A stretch of 64,000 bases of DNA from Candidatus Latescibacterota bacterium (GCA_965203175.1 OZ241867.1:5568001-5632000); one strand, 5' to 3'; positions 1 through 9,803 are shown, numbered from the stretch's first letter. The notes: generated by a model from the sequence alone, not told the origin. Numbers and translations are program-made.

Positions 1-352
1 AGGCACTAGTGGCCGAGGCGTCGGTGACCAAATTCTGTTCCCAGTCAAACGGGCTGGGTACCAAGCCGCGCCAAGGGTTGCTGGGTCGATAGCGCCGCAA
101 CCGGGCCGCGAGCGAGGATTGTACCGACGGCTGCGTCCCGAGGGAGTCGGCTGCGAGCGGCACGCGCCGCAAGAGCGCCTTCCCGTGCATCAGCCGCAAC
201 TCACCCGCGCCCCGATCCACCAACAAGTACGGCGCGTCCGCTTCTATGGCCTGCAACCAAGCCCGCAGCGCGGCGTTGACATAGGCCAAGTCCTCAGCCG
301 ACGCCACACTCGCGCCGCACGCAAAGGCCCAGACCAACGCTAGGTGCTTCAT
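1..352 (-). CDS. Partial secreted protein, probably L,D-transpeptidase-like (runs off the window edge)
   Basis: Not in the ORF track. ATG at 352 overlaps the TGA of the upstream gene; reads MKHLALVWAFACGASVASAEDLAYVNAALRAWLQAIEADAPYLLVDRGAGELRLMHG, resembling the neighbour's AIERRDLATPYIVINTQDNLILLREG. Confidence 0.55.
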   Translation of the reverse strand, partial: MKHLALVWAFACGASVASAEDLAYVNAALRAWLQAIEADAPYLLVDRGAGELRLMHGKALLRRVPLAADSLGTQPSVQSSLAARLRRYRPSNPWRGLVPSPFDWEQNLVTDASATSA

Positions 353-945
353 CAGTAGATAAAGACCGGCCAGCCGATTTCGACGGCTTCGTACAGGTAC
401 TCCAGATCTTCGTTGCCCACCCGGACGCAGCCGTGGGTGATGCTCTTGCCCAAGTTAATTTCAAAGAGCGTGCCGTGAATCATAAAATCCTTGAGAAAGT
501 ACAAGGCGTACGACCCCAAGACCCCACGCTGGAACCGCCGAGGATCCTCGGCGAAAATGGGGATCTCCTCGTCGTTTTCGACGAAGTACCAAGTTGGCCG
601 AGTCCACAGGGGGTCGGCGACTTTGCGGCGGATGGCGAAACGGCCCTTGGGGGTGTCGAAGGTCCAGCGATGCCATCGCTTGACCCCTTCGAGCTTCCGG
701 CCACTGCCCGTTGCACAAGCGGCTTGGCGCAACACCTGCTCTCCTTCGCGGAGCAGGATTAGATTGTCTTGGGTATTGATGACGATGTAGGGCGTAGCTA
801 GATCGCGGCGCTCAATGGCTTGCACCAGTTGCTGGTGCTCTAACGAGAGCGCGGACGCACGCGCGGCGGATGGCCCCCACAGCAGTGCGAAAAAAAACAA
901 AGCGACCGGGAGCAACTCCCGGCCGCCTGTGATTAGAGCTTGCAA
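352..945 (-). CDS. L,D-transpeptidase (YkuD/ErfK family)
   Basis: Signal peptide; TPKGRF; catalytic IHGT...THGCVRV motif. Confidence 0.9.
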   Translation of the reverse strand: MQALITGGRELLPVALFFFALLWGPSAARASALSLEHQQLVQAIERRDLATPYIVINTQDNLILLREGEQVLRQAACATGSGRKLEGVKRWHRWTFDTPKGRFAIRRKVADPLWTRPTWYFVENDEEIPIFAEDPRRFQRGVLGSYALYFLKDFMIHGTLFEINLGKSITHGCVRVGNEDLEYLYEAVEIGWPVFIY

Positions 946-955
946 TCGCGCGTGC

Positions 956-1579
956 TCAGAAGCGCTCGTACCAAGGGCGCATCTCCTCGACCAGCGCGTA
1001 GTATCTATCCACGGCCACTATCACGCCATCGGCGACCTCAGTAGCCTTCTGATCCGCGCTGTCAGCGAGGGACTCGGCATCGGGGAAATGCTCGCTGTCC
1101 ACCGCGGCTTCGGCCGCGTCTAGATCGGCGTCGGCCGTGCTTAACTCGGCGCGCAATTCCTCAATATCGGCCTCCGTGCCCTTGCCCGACGGAGCTTCCT
1201 CTAGGCTAGTATATGCGGCAGCAATCGCATCGCGGGCGGCAGCAATCGCAGCTTCGGCCGACTCCCGCTGGCGTTTCTTTTCGGCTTCAGCAGACGACTC
1301 TGCCCGCATGGCTTTGGTCTTGGCATCGGCGATTTGCGCTCGCGCCTGCTCAAAGTCCTTGAAGAGGAAAAACCGTTCGGCTTCGGTGTTGGTCGTTGCT
1401 TCAGCTTCGCTGTACGCGCGCTGCGCGGCCGAGTACTCGTTGGCGGCAAAGCGTTCGGCACCGACGTCTCGGGCCGAGTCGAGGGCTTGTTTGGCCGCAT
1501 CTAGCTCGGCTGTGGGGGGGTCGTCACAGCCCGTCAAAACCGCGACGGCGACAAACAGCGATATTGCCCGCATTTTCAT
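956..1579 (-). CDS. Ala-rich helical lipoprotein (DUF4398-like)
   Basis: Lipobox VLTG-C followed by PPTAELDAAKQALDSAR..GAE.FA helical pattern. Confidence 0.7.
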   Translation of the reverse strand: MKMRAISLFVAVAVLTGCDDPPTAELDAAKQALDSARDVGAERFAANEYSAAQRAYSEAEATTNTEAERFFLFKDFEQARAQIADAKTKAMRAESSAEAEKKRQRESAEAAIAAARDAIAAAYTSLEEAPSGKGTEADIEELRAELSTADADLDAAEAAVDSEHFPDAESLADSADQKATEVADGVIVAVDRYYALVEEMRPWYERF

Positions 1580-1630
1580 GGTCCACCTTCCTGAGTTTGA
1601 ACGTTCTGTGCTTCCCTATATATCAGAGAC

Positions 1631-1660
1631 AATCTAAAGGGAAGCACAGGGAATTGTCAA
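1631..1660 (-). promoter_or_regulatory. Putative sigma70 promoter for the lipoprotein/LDT operon
   Basis: Minus strand reads TTGACA-N18-TAGATT, about 50 nt upstream of the ATG at 1579. Confidence 0.5.
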
Positions 1661-1696
1661 GCGCAAACAGGGTGCAGTAACACGGCTTTACACCCC

Positions 1697-1903
1697 TCAG
1701 AATTTCGCGTTTTCTTCGTCGTCCGGCGCAAAATCCTCGTCCTCTTCCCCAGGCACTTCGTAGATCCACCCGCAATTTGGACACAAGGGATATTCCGCAT
1801 CCTCCCGGCGGGTTTGGCACTGGGGACACCGCTGGCCAAAGGGCGACCAGAACTTCAGCACCACGACGATTAGCAGTAAGACCGCCAATAAGGTGTAGAG
1901 CAT
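1697..1903 (-). CDS. Small membrane-anchored zinc-ribbon protein
   Basis: N-terminal TM helix, CPQC...CPNC, acidic tail; RBS GGAGGAGG. Confidence 0.7.
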   Translation of the reverse strand: MLYTLLAVLLLIVVVLKFWSPFGQRCPQCQTRREDAEYPLCPNCGWIYEVPGEEDEDFAPDDEENAKF

Positions 1904-1924
1904 CAGGACCTCCTCCCCGGCTTC

Positions 1925-2773
1925 TTAGCGACGCTTCTTGGCGGCCTTGAGCTTGCGCAATTGACGGCGGCGGCCCCAGCGGCTGCGCTTGACGCGCTGA
2001 CCCAAGGGCGGCCGCAGTTGCCCGTCGGCGACCAGTTCGTCGAGTACTCGATTGAGCAGGTCTGGCCGATTGGTGATGATCCCTTGCACCCCCATCATCG
2101 CCAAATCGCGCATGGCAATGTCTTCATCAACGGTCCAAGCCCAGACCGCAATGCCCCGCTGGCGCATCTCTTCGAGGAAGGGCGGGGTCAGCGTCGCGTA
2201 CCACATCGCCAGCGCGTTGGCCCCCACTTGCAGCACTTGGCGCACGAGGCGGCGCGCGCGAACCCGCGAGGGCGTGGCCGGCAACTGGCCGACCAACAGC
2301 GCGGTGGGCAGGGTCGGCGCGAGCAAATTGAGCCGCTGGACGGTTTGCGGATTAAACGCTTGCACCACGACGCGCTCCGCCGCATTCGCCGCTTCAATCA
2401 CCTGTAGGACGCGCTCGGCAATGCCGTCGGCCTTGATCTCTATCAGCACGAGGGCCTGATTCCGCGCTAAGTCGAGCACGTCTTCTAGCAGGGGCACGCG
2501 CTCGCCGGCAAAATCAGCGCTAAACCAACGGCCAGCATCGAATTGGCGCACTTCCTCGCCCAAGAGGTCGGCGACCAACCCGGTGCCATTGGTCGTCCGG
2601 TCAAGTGCTGCGTCGTGCAGGACCACGATCTGGCCATCGCGGGTAGCATGGACATCGATTTCGAGGATATCGACGCCTATCTGGAGGGCCTTTTCACAAG
2701 CGGCCAACGTGTTCTCGGGCGCCAGCCCCGAACCGGACGCGCCGCGGTGGGCAATGCGCAGGGGAGTGATCAT
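1925..2773 (-). CDS. Glycerophosphodiester phosphodiesterase (GDPD)
   Basis: AHRG..PENT, EIDV, HD, WTVD and GIITN motifs. Confidence 0.92.
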   Translation of the reverse strand: MITPLRIAHRGASGSGLAPENTLAACEKALQIGVDILEIDVHATRDGQIVVLHDAALDRTTNGTGLVADLLGEEVRQFDAGRWFSADFAGERVPLLEDVLDLARNQALVLIEIKADGIAERVLQVIEAANAAERVVVQAFNPQTVQRLNLLAPTLPTALLVGQLPATPSRVRARRLVRQVLQVGANALAMWYATLTPPFLEEMRQRGIAVWAWTVDEDIAMRDLAMMGVQGIITNRPDLLNRVLDELVADGQLRPPLGQRVKRSRWGRRRQLRKLKAAKKRR

Positions 2774-2774
2774 C

Positions 2775-3983
2775 TCAAGCGCCGAATTTGTCGAGCCGGC
2801 GCGCGTGGGCCAACGCGTGGGCCATCAAACTGGTCGCCGGCGCAATTCCGAGGCTGCCAGCGCTGCAACCGCGCTCGGAAAATTCATCTGTCGCATCGGC
2901 CAATGCCCACTGGCTGGCTATAACTGTGGGCACGGGGTGCCAACTGTGACTGCGCATAATCGACGGGGTCGAGTGGTCGCCGGTGACGATGAGCACCTCG
3001 GGTTGCAGTGCGAGCAACCTCGGAATATAGGTATCCAACTCCTCTAGCAGCCGAACCTTCAAATCGAAATCGCCGTCCTCGCCCGCGCTGTCGGTCTTCT
3101 TTACGTGGACGTAGAAAAAGTCGTAGTCCGCGTAGTGGCTTTCGAGCAAGGCGAACTCGGATTCGAGGTCCCAGCCGACCTCTTCGACATCCATGCCTAC
3201 TGCGCCGGCCACGCCGCGGTACATGGGATATCCGGCAATGCCTAGCGCCTTCAGCCCGTACGCCTCGTCCATCAACACCAGCTCTGGGTAGCGACCAAAT
3301 CCCCGCAGCAATACCATGTTGGCTGGGTGTTCGTCAGCGAGCAAGGCGGAGGCTTGCTCTAAAAAGGCATTGGCCACTTCGACGGTGCGCTCGGAATCCG
3401 CTACGAGTGCCGACAAGGGCTTGGGCGGCACGCCCGTCACCTGTGGGTCCGAATCCGAGACTTGGTCTCCCAAGCCCGCGCCGCGCAACACCACGCCGGC
3501 GCGATACTCCATCTCGGCAGCGACTTGCACCTCCACTCCAGGCACTGCGATCGCTCTTAGCACTTCGCAAAGCTGGCGGCCTTTTTCCGTGGGGATGCGA
3601 CCGGCGCGGCGATCGCTCACCCGGCCCGCAGCATCCACCGTACAAAAATTGAGACGCGCCGCCACATCGCCGCGGGCAAAGTCCAGTCCCAACCCGAGGG
3701 CCGAAAGGGCACCGCGACCGATCTGGTTCTGCCAAGGATCGTAGCCAAAGAGAGCTAAGTGGGCCGGGCCGCTACCCGGGGTAAAGCCACCCCCTAAAGG
3801 CGAAATCAGGCCGCAGGTACCCCCCTTGGCCAACGCATCTAAGTTGGGCAACTGGGCCGTCTCCAACTCGGACTTGCCCGTAGCGGGATGGGGTAACCCG
3901 CCCAAGCCATCGACGACCAACAGGACGATTTTGGCGTCGTTGTCCCGGATGCACAATTCCTGGGTGTATTGGGAACTTATCAC
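2775..3983 (-). CDS. apgM: 2,3-BPG-independent phosphoglycerate mutase, archaeal/ApgM type (start uncertain)
   Basis: VDGLGG, TPGSGPAHLALFGYDP, DRRAGR, TGDHSTP and HSWHPVP; GTG at 3983 taken as start. Confidence 0.9.
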   Translation of the reverse strand: MISSQYTQELCIRDNDAKIVLLVVDGLGGLPHPATGKSELETAQLPNLDALAKGGTCGLISPLGGGFTPGSGPAHLALFGYDPWQNQIGRGALSALGLGLDFARGDVAARLNFCTVDAAGRVSDRRAGRIPTEKGRQLCEVLRAIAVPGVEVQVAAEMEYRAGVVLRGAGLGDQVSDSDPQVTGVPPKPLSALVADSERTVEVANAFLEQASALLADEHPANMVLLRGFGRYPELVLMDEAYGLKALGIAGYPMYRGVAGAVGMDVEEVGWDLESEFALLESHYADYDFFYVHVKKTDSAGEDGDFDLKVRLLEELDTYIPRLLALQPEVLIVTGDHSTPSIMRSHSWHPVPTVIASQWALADATDEFSERGCSAGSLGIAPATSLMAHALAHARRLDKFGA

Positions 3984-4014
3984 GTTCTCATGCTCCAACT
4001 CCGCAGCAAGCCAC

Positions 4015-5694
4015 CTAAACCACCGACTCCCGCAAGTACAAGTCCCTGAGGACCATCTGCACGGCACCGTTGCCAGTATAGGTGTCTGCCTCCAGCTCGA
4101 AAGCCGCGTTCAGCCGGTCGCCCGGCCGCACCTGGTCCGCGAGGTCTTTTTGGTTCCACCACAGCGCGGCACAGCGGCGACCACCCACCTCCAATTCGGC
4201 CTTGAAGTGGCGGCCGTCAGTGCCTATTTGCCGCGACCAGACGACCCGACAGTCCTCGAGGGCAAAAACCGGACGCCGGTGTCCATTGCCAAAAGGCTCT
4301 AGCGCGGCGAGTCGCTCCACCGTGTCTAGCGTCAAATCGGCCGGTTTGAGCATCAGGTCGATGTCCAAGACGGGTTGTAGCACCTCGGCGCTAATGTGGG
4401 CGTTGGCGTGGTCGATCAGTGCGAGGCGGAAGCCCTCAAAAGCGTCAACTGCGAGCGAAAAACCAGCGGCTGCCGGATGGCCGCCATGCGTCTGCAAGTG
4501 CTCTTCGCAGGCGTGGATCCCTTCGCTGATGTCGTAGCCTGGGATGCTGCGAGCTGAGCCTACGCAGAGGCCGCGGTCGCTGCCTTGGGTGCACACGACT
4601 GCGGGGCGGGCGTATTTTTCGCACAACTTGCTGGCCAACAGGCCGATTATTCCCGCGTTCCACTTCCCCAACTCCACGATGATTTGGTCCTCCACGTCTT
4701 CCTCCGGGCCGATCCGTTCTTCAACCTCCTGTATGCCCTCGCGCTGTTTCTCCTGCCGCTGGGAATTGAGCTTGTTGAGTTCGTCGGCCAACTGCACGGC
4801 CTCGCCCTCGTTTGCGGAGCGCAAAAGCTGCAGCGCTATATCGGGCGTCTTCAAGCGACCGGCGACATTGATCCGTGGCCCCAAGCGAAAACCCAAGCTG
4901 GCGGCATCGAGGGGCTGGTCTCGGTAGCTGGCCACCTTCTTGAGTGCGCACAGCCCGAGGCGCTTGGTGCGCTGAAGAATCTGCAGGCCGCGCTGGATAA
5001 ACAGGCGATTCTCCCCCAGCACGGGCACGACATCAGCCACTGTCCCCAAGGCTACAAGATCGAGCAATTCGTTGAGATAGCGGCGGCGCTCCTCGCCGGC
5101 GAGAAAGACTTCGCTGAGGGCCTGCACCAGCTTGAAGGTGACGCCAACCCCGGCCAAGTCTTTGAAAGGATACGCGCAATCGCGGCGATTGGGATTGATG
5201 ATGGCAAGGGCGCGCGGCAGTTCGGCGAGCTGCTGATGGTGATCAACTACGACGACCTCCACGCCGCGGACCTCGGCCAGCGCTAGGGCATCGTAGGCTG
5301 AAATGCCATTGTCAACCGTGACGATGACGCGCGCGCCCTTTGCTATGGCGCGCTCGACCCCGGGCGGCTTGAGGCCGTACCCGTCTTTGTGGCGATCGGG
5401 CAAGAGGCAATCGCAGTCGGCACCCACGCGCTCGAGAAAATCCATCAGCACGACGGTGCTGCAAACCCCATCGACGTCGTAGTCGCCGTACACGACGATC
5501 TTCTCGCGGGCTCGCACGGCGCGTTCTAGGCGTTCAACCGCCGCTGCCATGTCCTGCATTTGCTCGGGCGGATGCAGAGATTCAGGACCGACTTGCAGCG
5601 CGGCGCGGGTCAGGCCGCGACCGGCTAGCAAATCATCGATCAAGCTATCGTACGGGTCTTCGCGGATGACATTCCAAACCGGGTAACGGCGCAT
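4015..5694 (-). CDS. recJ: Single-stranded-DNA exonuclease RecJ
   Basis: YGDYDVDG, TVDNG, DHH, LGTVADVVP, GSARS, GGHPAAAG and LEPFGNG motifs. Confidence 0.95.
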   Translation of the reverse strand: MRRYPVWNVIREDPYDSLIDDLLAGRGLTRAALQVGPESLHPPEQMQDMAAAVERLERAVRAREKIVVYGDYDVDGVCSTVVLMDFLERVGADCDCLLPDRHKDGYGLKPPGVERAIAKGARVIVTVDNGISAYDALALAEVRGVEVVVVDHHQQLAELPRALAIINPNRRDCAYPFKDLAGVGVTFKLVQALSEVFLAGEERRRYLNELLDLVALGTVADVVPVLGENRLFIQRGLQILQRTKRLGLCALKKVASYRDQPLDAASLGFRLGPRINVAGRLKTPDIALQLLRSANEGEAVQLADELNKLNSQRQEKQREGIQEVEERIGPEEDVEDQIIVELGKWNAGIIGLLASKLCEKYARPAVVCTQGSDRGLCVGSARSIPGYDISEGIHACEEHLQTHGGHPAAAGFSLAVDAFEGFRLALIDHANAHISAEVLQPVLDIDLMLKPADLTLDTVERLAALEPFGNGHRRPVFALEDCRVVWSRQIGTDGRHFKAELEVGGRRCAALWWNQKDLADQVRPGDRLNAAFELEADTYTGNGAVQMVLRDLYLRESVV

Positions 5695-5863
5695 AATTGT
5701 CTTAGATTGTTCACATATTTGGGAATTGGTAGGACGCGGCTCAGACAATAATATCATACCCAGCAAAACCCGGTCAAGGCGAGGCTAACGAGCTTGCCTA
5801 GACGCTAGCGTTGCGTACATTTATTCGCTGTGCTTTTTGAACTTAATCACTCAGGAAAAATCT

Positions 5864-7069
5864 ATGTTCCTCTTCATAGCCCTCATCAGCATCGCCGCAT
5901 TGCCTTGCCTCACAGTCGCCGGCCCCAACGCAGACGCCGAAATTTTCGTCGGCGCAGAAGGTCCCCTCTGCGGGTTTGCAGCAAATAGCACCGTGGAGTT
6001 CAGCGTCTCGGCGCGCAACATGAGCGGCGTGCGCCAAGTCAAATTCGAGTTTAGCTGGGAGCCGGCCAACGCCATCGCCGCGATCGTGGGCACAATAGGC
6101 GAGACGGCGAAGACCAATTCCTTTATCTCCCCAGGGCCACCGCAGATAAAAGACCAGACCGCCCAATGGGGCATCGCGACCCTCGGCGGTGCAGGGATAG
6201 TGGGTGAGGGCCATCTCGCAGACATGGCATTCACCTTGACCGACTCCATCAGTCCCACCACGCCCATCGACATCTACCTCGACGTGGTGTCGCTCGGGCC
6301 TTCTTTTAATGAGCGCGACGACATCCGTCCCCAAGTCGCGTTCTTGCGCAATTACTGCGATGCCGAAGGACAGGCTTTGCCAGAGGGCATCTTCTTCCGC
6401 CCGGTCGAGCAAAATTCCTCCTTTTCTGCAACCGGCACCGGTGGGCTAGCCGATGGTAGCGCCGGCGAAGTTCTCGTGTCGGCGCGCCTTTGGCAGGCTG
6501 GTTCCCTCCACGCGGGCACGGCTTTTACCTGGGACCTTACCAACTCTGGAGCAGGCCCAGCGTACGCGTTAGTCAACGGCGAGGCCATCGCCATCCCGGC
6601 TGGTGCAACCCAGCAGGTGACGACCACCAGCGACGAGCGCGGCCTGACCTATCTACTCCTCGACGCCGAACAGGCTACCACGCTCGTCTTCAATACCTGC
6701 GCCGAAGGTTCGTGCGCAGAAAACCAAGTAGTATGGGAAGACGCTGCCACGTCCATCTCAGAGCCGTCCGGCTTTGCCCTGCCGCGCGAACCCACCCTCG
6801 CTCAGAACTATCCCAATCCCTTTAACGCCGGCACCACTATCCCCTTCGCCATCCCCGAGGGAGGACCTCGCTTTGCCCAAATCGACATCTTCAACATCAT
6901 GGGGCAAAAGGTGGCCACGCCCTTTGCAGCGAACACAGCTCCGGGACAGCACGTGGTCCACTGGGATAGCCAGTCGGCAACCGGCGTGCCAACAGCCAGC
7001 GGCCTCTATATCTACCGCCTGCGGACGGATTCGGCCGAACTGCACCGCTCCATGATTCTCTTGCGCTGA
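5864..7069 (+). CDS. Secreted protein with a possible cohesin-like N-domain and a C-terminal FlgD/T9SS-like sorting domain
   Basis: Signal peptide; C-terminal LAQNYPNPFN..T.I.F...IFNIMGQKV..WD...SGLYIYRL. Confidence 0.75.
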   Translation: MFLFIALISIAALPCLTVAGPNADAEIFVGAEGPLCGFAANSTVEFSVSARNMSGVRQVKFEFSWEPANAIAAIVGTIGETAKTNSFISPGPPQIKDQTAQWGIATLGGAGIVGEGHLADMAFTLTDSISPTTPIDIYLDVVSLGPSFNERDDIRPQVAFLRNYCDAEGQALPEGIFFRPVEQNSSFSATGTGGLADGSAGEVLVSARLWQAGSLHAGTAFTWDLTNSGAGPAYALVNGEAIAIPAGATQQVTTTSDERGLTYLLLDAEQATTLVFNTCAEGSCAENQVVWEDAATSISEPSGFALPREPTLAQNYPNPFNAGTTIPFAIPEGGPRFAQIDIFNIMGQKVATPFAANTAPGQHVVHWDSQSATGVPTASGLYIYRLRTDSAELHRSMILLR

Positions 7070-7072
7070 ACC

Positions 7073-8389
7073 GTGCGCCCTCCCGACCCAGCCCGCCTTG
7101 CCGCGGCGCGCCTGCTCCACGACCTAGAGCAGCAAACCCAGCCTTTCGACGAACTGCTACAAGCCCTTGACGTAAGCTTGCCGACCAACCGCGACGCGCG
7201 CTTTGCTCGTCAGCTAGTTCTCGGTGCGGTGCGATGGCAGAAGCGGCTCGATTGGATCATCGCTACCTGCTGTGCGCGCCCAGTCGTCCAACTCTCGCCC
7301 TGGGCCCGCCACATCCTGCGCCTTGGCACCTATCAACTCTTCTGGCTCGACCGCGTGCCTCAGTCCGCGGCTGTCCATACTTCGGTTGAGCTAGCCAAGC
7401 ACCTGACGCACCAAGGTATCGCCTCACTCGTCAACGCCGTGCTCCGCAATTTGCTGCGGCAACGCGCGCGGATAAGCTACCCCGACCAGCAGCAGACTCC
7501 GACGCGCTACCTAGCGGTGTATCACTCTCATCCCGAATGGCTGGTCGACCGCTGGGTCGGCCGTTGGGGCCGCGAACTCGTCGAGCATTTGCTCGCGGCC
7601 AACAACGAGCCCGCCCAACTCAATATCTACCTCAATCCACTGCGCGCCGGCCGCGAAACCGTCACCGAACTCGATCTAGTTCCGGTCGGGTCGAGACCGG
7701 GCTTTTATAAAGCGGCAAATGGCGCGGATCTCTTTGCCTCGCGAGCATACCAGCAAGGACAATTTCAAGTCCAAGACCCCAACGCCGGCTTGGCCGTGGC
7801 CCTGCTCGACCCGCAGCCGGGCGAATGCCTACTCGACTTGTGCAGCGCACCCGGCGGCAAGGCCGTGCAAGCCGCCATTGCCATGGCCGACCGCGGCTGG
7901 ATCGTAGCGGCCGACATTTCGCTGCCGCGGCTCAATCGAGTGCGCGAAAACGCCCAACGCCTGCGCCTGCGCGCCATCCGTCCAGTGGTCCGCGACGGCA
8001 CAACACCCGGGTGCGGTGCCTTTGACCGCGTCCTCGCCGATGTTCCCTGCAGTGCCACCGGCGTATTGGGACGGCGACCAGATGCTCGCTGGCGTCGCAA
8101 TCCAGCCGAATTTGCCGCCTTGACGAAGCGCCAACAGGTGCTCATCCAACGCGCGTACGAGCACGTGCGGCCCGGCGGCGTCTTGGTGTATAGCACCTGT
8201 AGCTTGGAAGAAGAGGAAAACGAAGCCATTGTCGAGCGCTTCTTAAAGCAGACTCCGACCGCTCAGCTAGAGCGCGCCGATGCCCACTTCCCTACCCAAC
8301 CTTGGGCCGGCCGCTACGTACTAACCATACCGGGCCAACACGCCGGCGACGGTAGTTTTGCCGCGCGCATCCGCAAGGCCGCATCGTGA
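7073..8389 (+). CDS. rsmB: 16S rRNA m5C967 methyltransferase RsmB/Sun
   Basis: NusB-like N-terminus; LDLCSAPGGK, DVPCS and YSTCS motifs. Confidence 0.93.
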   Translation: MRPPDPARLAAARLLHDLEQQTQPFDELLQALDVSLPTNRDARFARQLVLGAVRWQKRLDWIIATCCARPVVQLSPWARHILRLGTYQLFWLDRVPQSAAVHTSVELAKHLTHQGIASLVNAVLRNLLRQRARISYPDQQQTPTRYLAVYHSHPEWLVDRWVGRWGRELVEHLLAANNEPAQLNIYLNPLRAGRETVTELDLVPVGSRPGFYKAANGADLFASRAYQQGQFQVQDPNAGLAVALLDPQPGECLLDLCSAPGGKAVQAAIAMADRGWIVAADISLPRLNRVRENAQRLRLRAIRPVVRDGTTPGCGAFDRVLADVPCSATGVLGRRPDARWRRNPAEFAALTKRQQVLIQRAYEHVRPGGVLVYSTCSLEEEENEAIVERFLKQTPTAQLERADAHFPTQPWAGRYVLTIPGQHAGDGSFAARIRKAAS

Positions 8390-9159
8390 AAAGCTTCCTC
8401 CGCCAATTGGTCTTGCTCGCGGCGGGCGCATGCCTCGCTGGCATCATCGCCCTCGTTCTGATCGACAAGATCGTCATGCCGCACCTAGTCGACACGCCCA
8501 GCGTCCAAGTCCCCGATCTTAAGGGCCTTTCTGCGCCCGAAGCATCCGCCCGCCTCGCTGAAGCAGGACTGAAGATGACCATCGGCGATTCGCTACACCA
8601 CGAAACCGTCCCCGCCGACGCGGTCGTCGATCAAGACCCCAGTGTTGGGCAATTGGTCAAAGAAGGGCGGCGCGTCGTCTTGACCGTGAGCAAGGGGCCG
8701 CGCTATTACGCGGCCCCCGACGTGCGCCGCGTCAGTCTGCGCGAGGCGCGTTTGCAGCTAGAGGGGAACCAGCTCAAAGTTGGCCAAATTCTCTACCGCT
8801 CCTCAGATGCCCTCCCCGAGGGCGCTATCGTCGAGCAGTCACCCCCTCCCGGCGCTCAACTCGCCTTGGGCAGTTCGGTTGACCTCTGGATCAGCAACGG
8901 CTCACCCGCAGCCCTCAAGCGCGTCCCGAATCTAATAGGCCTGTCTATCGGAGTTGTGGAGGATACCTTGCGCAAGTACGAAATGCGCATTGGCCATATT
9001 GCCAAGCGCATCGACGGGCAAAAACGCGTCGGCACAGTCCTGACGCAATCGCCGCCGAGCGGGCAGCGCATCTCGCGCCACAGCCGCATCGACCTCGTCG
9101 TCAGTGCCGCAGCACCGCCCCCGGAGCCGGACGCCTTCGACAACTGGGAGGAACCATGA
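8386..9159 (+). CDS. Membrane-anchored PASTA-repeat protein
   Basis: TM helix plus three VPD/VPN...Q.P..G repeats; typical position before rpe. Confidence 0.88.
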   Translation: MKSFLRQLVLLAAGACLAGIIALVLIDKIVMPHLVDTPSVQVPDLKGLSAPEASARLAEAGLKMTIGDSLHHETVPADAVVDQDPSVGQLVKEGRRVVLTVSKGPRYYAAPDVRRVSLREARLQLEGNQLKVGQILYRSSDALPEGAIVEQSPPPGAQLALGSSVDLWISNGSPAALKRVPNLIGLSIGVVEDTLRKYEMRIGHIAKRIDGQKRVGTVLTQSPPSGQRISRHSRIDLVVSAAAPPPEPDAFDNWEEP

Positions 9160-9803
9160 ACGCCACGCGCATCGGCCCTTCTCTCTTGGCCGCCGACTTC
9201 GCCCGCCTAGCCGAGGACATCGACCGCATCGAGCGCGGAGGAGCTGATTTTCTCCATCTCGATGTAATGGACGGGCACTTCGTCCCCAACATCAGCTTTG
9301 GCCTGCCAGTCGTCGCGGCCGTGCGCCAAACTACCCGCCTCGAACTCAACACGCACCTGATGCTGCAAGACCCCTTGCCCTTTATCGGTCCCTTCAAAAA
9401 GGCGGGTGCCGACTCGCTCGTCGTCCACGTGGAACTCGAATCCGCCCAAGCCGTACTCGACGCCATTCGCCAGCACGGTCTCCAGTGCGGCCTCGCGGTC
9501 AATCCAAACACGCCCGTCTCCGCTCTCTATCCCTATCTCGACGAGCTCGATTCGGCCTTGGTCATGTCCGTGGAGCCGGGATTTGGCGGCCAAGCCTTCC
9601 AGCCCGCCGCCCTCGACAAAATCCGCGACCTGTGCGCTGAAATCGAGCGCCGTGGGCTAGACATACCCGTCGGCATTGACGGCGGCGTTCATCCCGGCAA
9701 CGCCGCCGACTGCCGCCGTGCCGGTGCCCAGTGCCTAGTGGCTGGCTCAGCCGTCTTCAACTCCCCTGACCCAGCCCGCGTTATCGCCGACCTGCGCGGC
9801 TGA
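9156..9803 (+). CDS. rpe: Ribulose-phosphate 3-epimerase
   Basis: PSLLAADF, HLDVMDGHFVPNISFG, MSVEPGFGGQ and DGG motifs. Confidence 0.97.
   Translation: MNATRIGPSLLAADFARLAEDIDRIERGGADFLHLDVMDGHFVPNISFGLPVVAAVRQTTRLELNTHLMLQDPLPFIGPFKKAGADSLVVHVELESAQAVLDAIRQHGLQCGLAVNPNTPVSALYPYLDELDSALVMSVEPGFGGQAFQPAALDKIRDLCAEIERRGLDIPVGIDGGVHPGNAADCRRAGAQCLVAGSAVFNSPDPARVIADLRG

Noticed and set aside
119-343. 74-aa plus-strand ORF
   Set aside because: Shadow of the minus-strand gene starting at 352.
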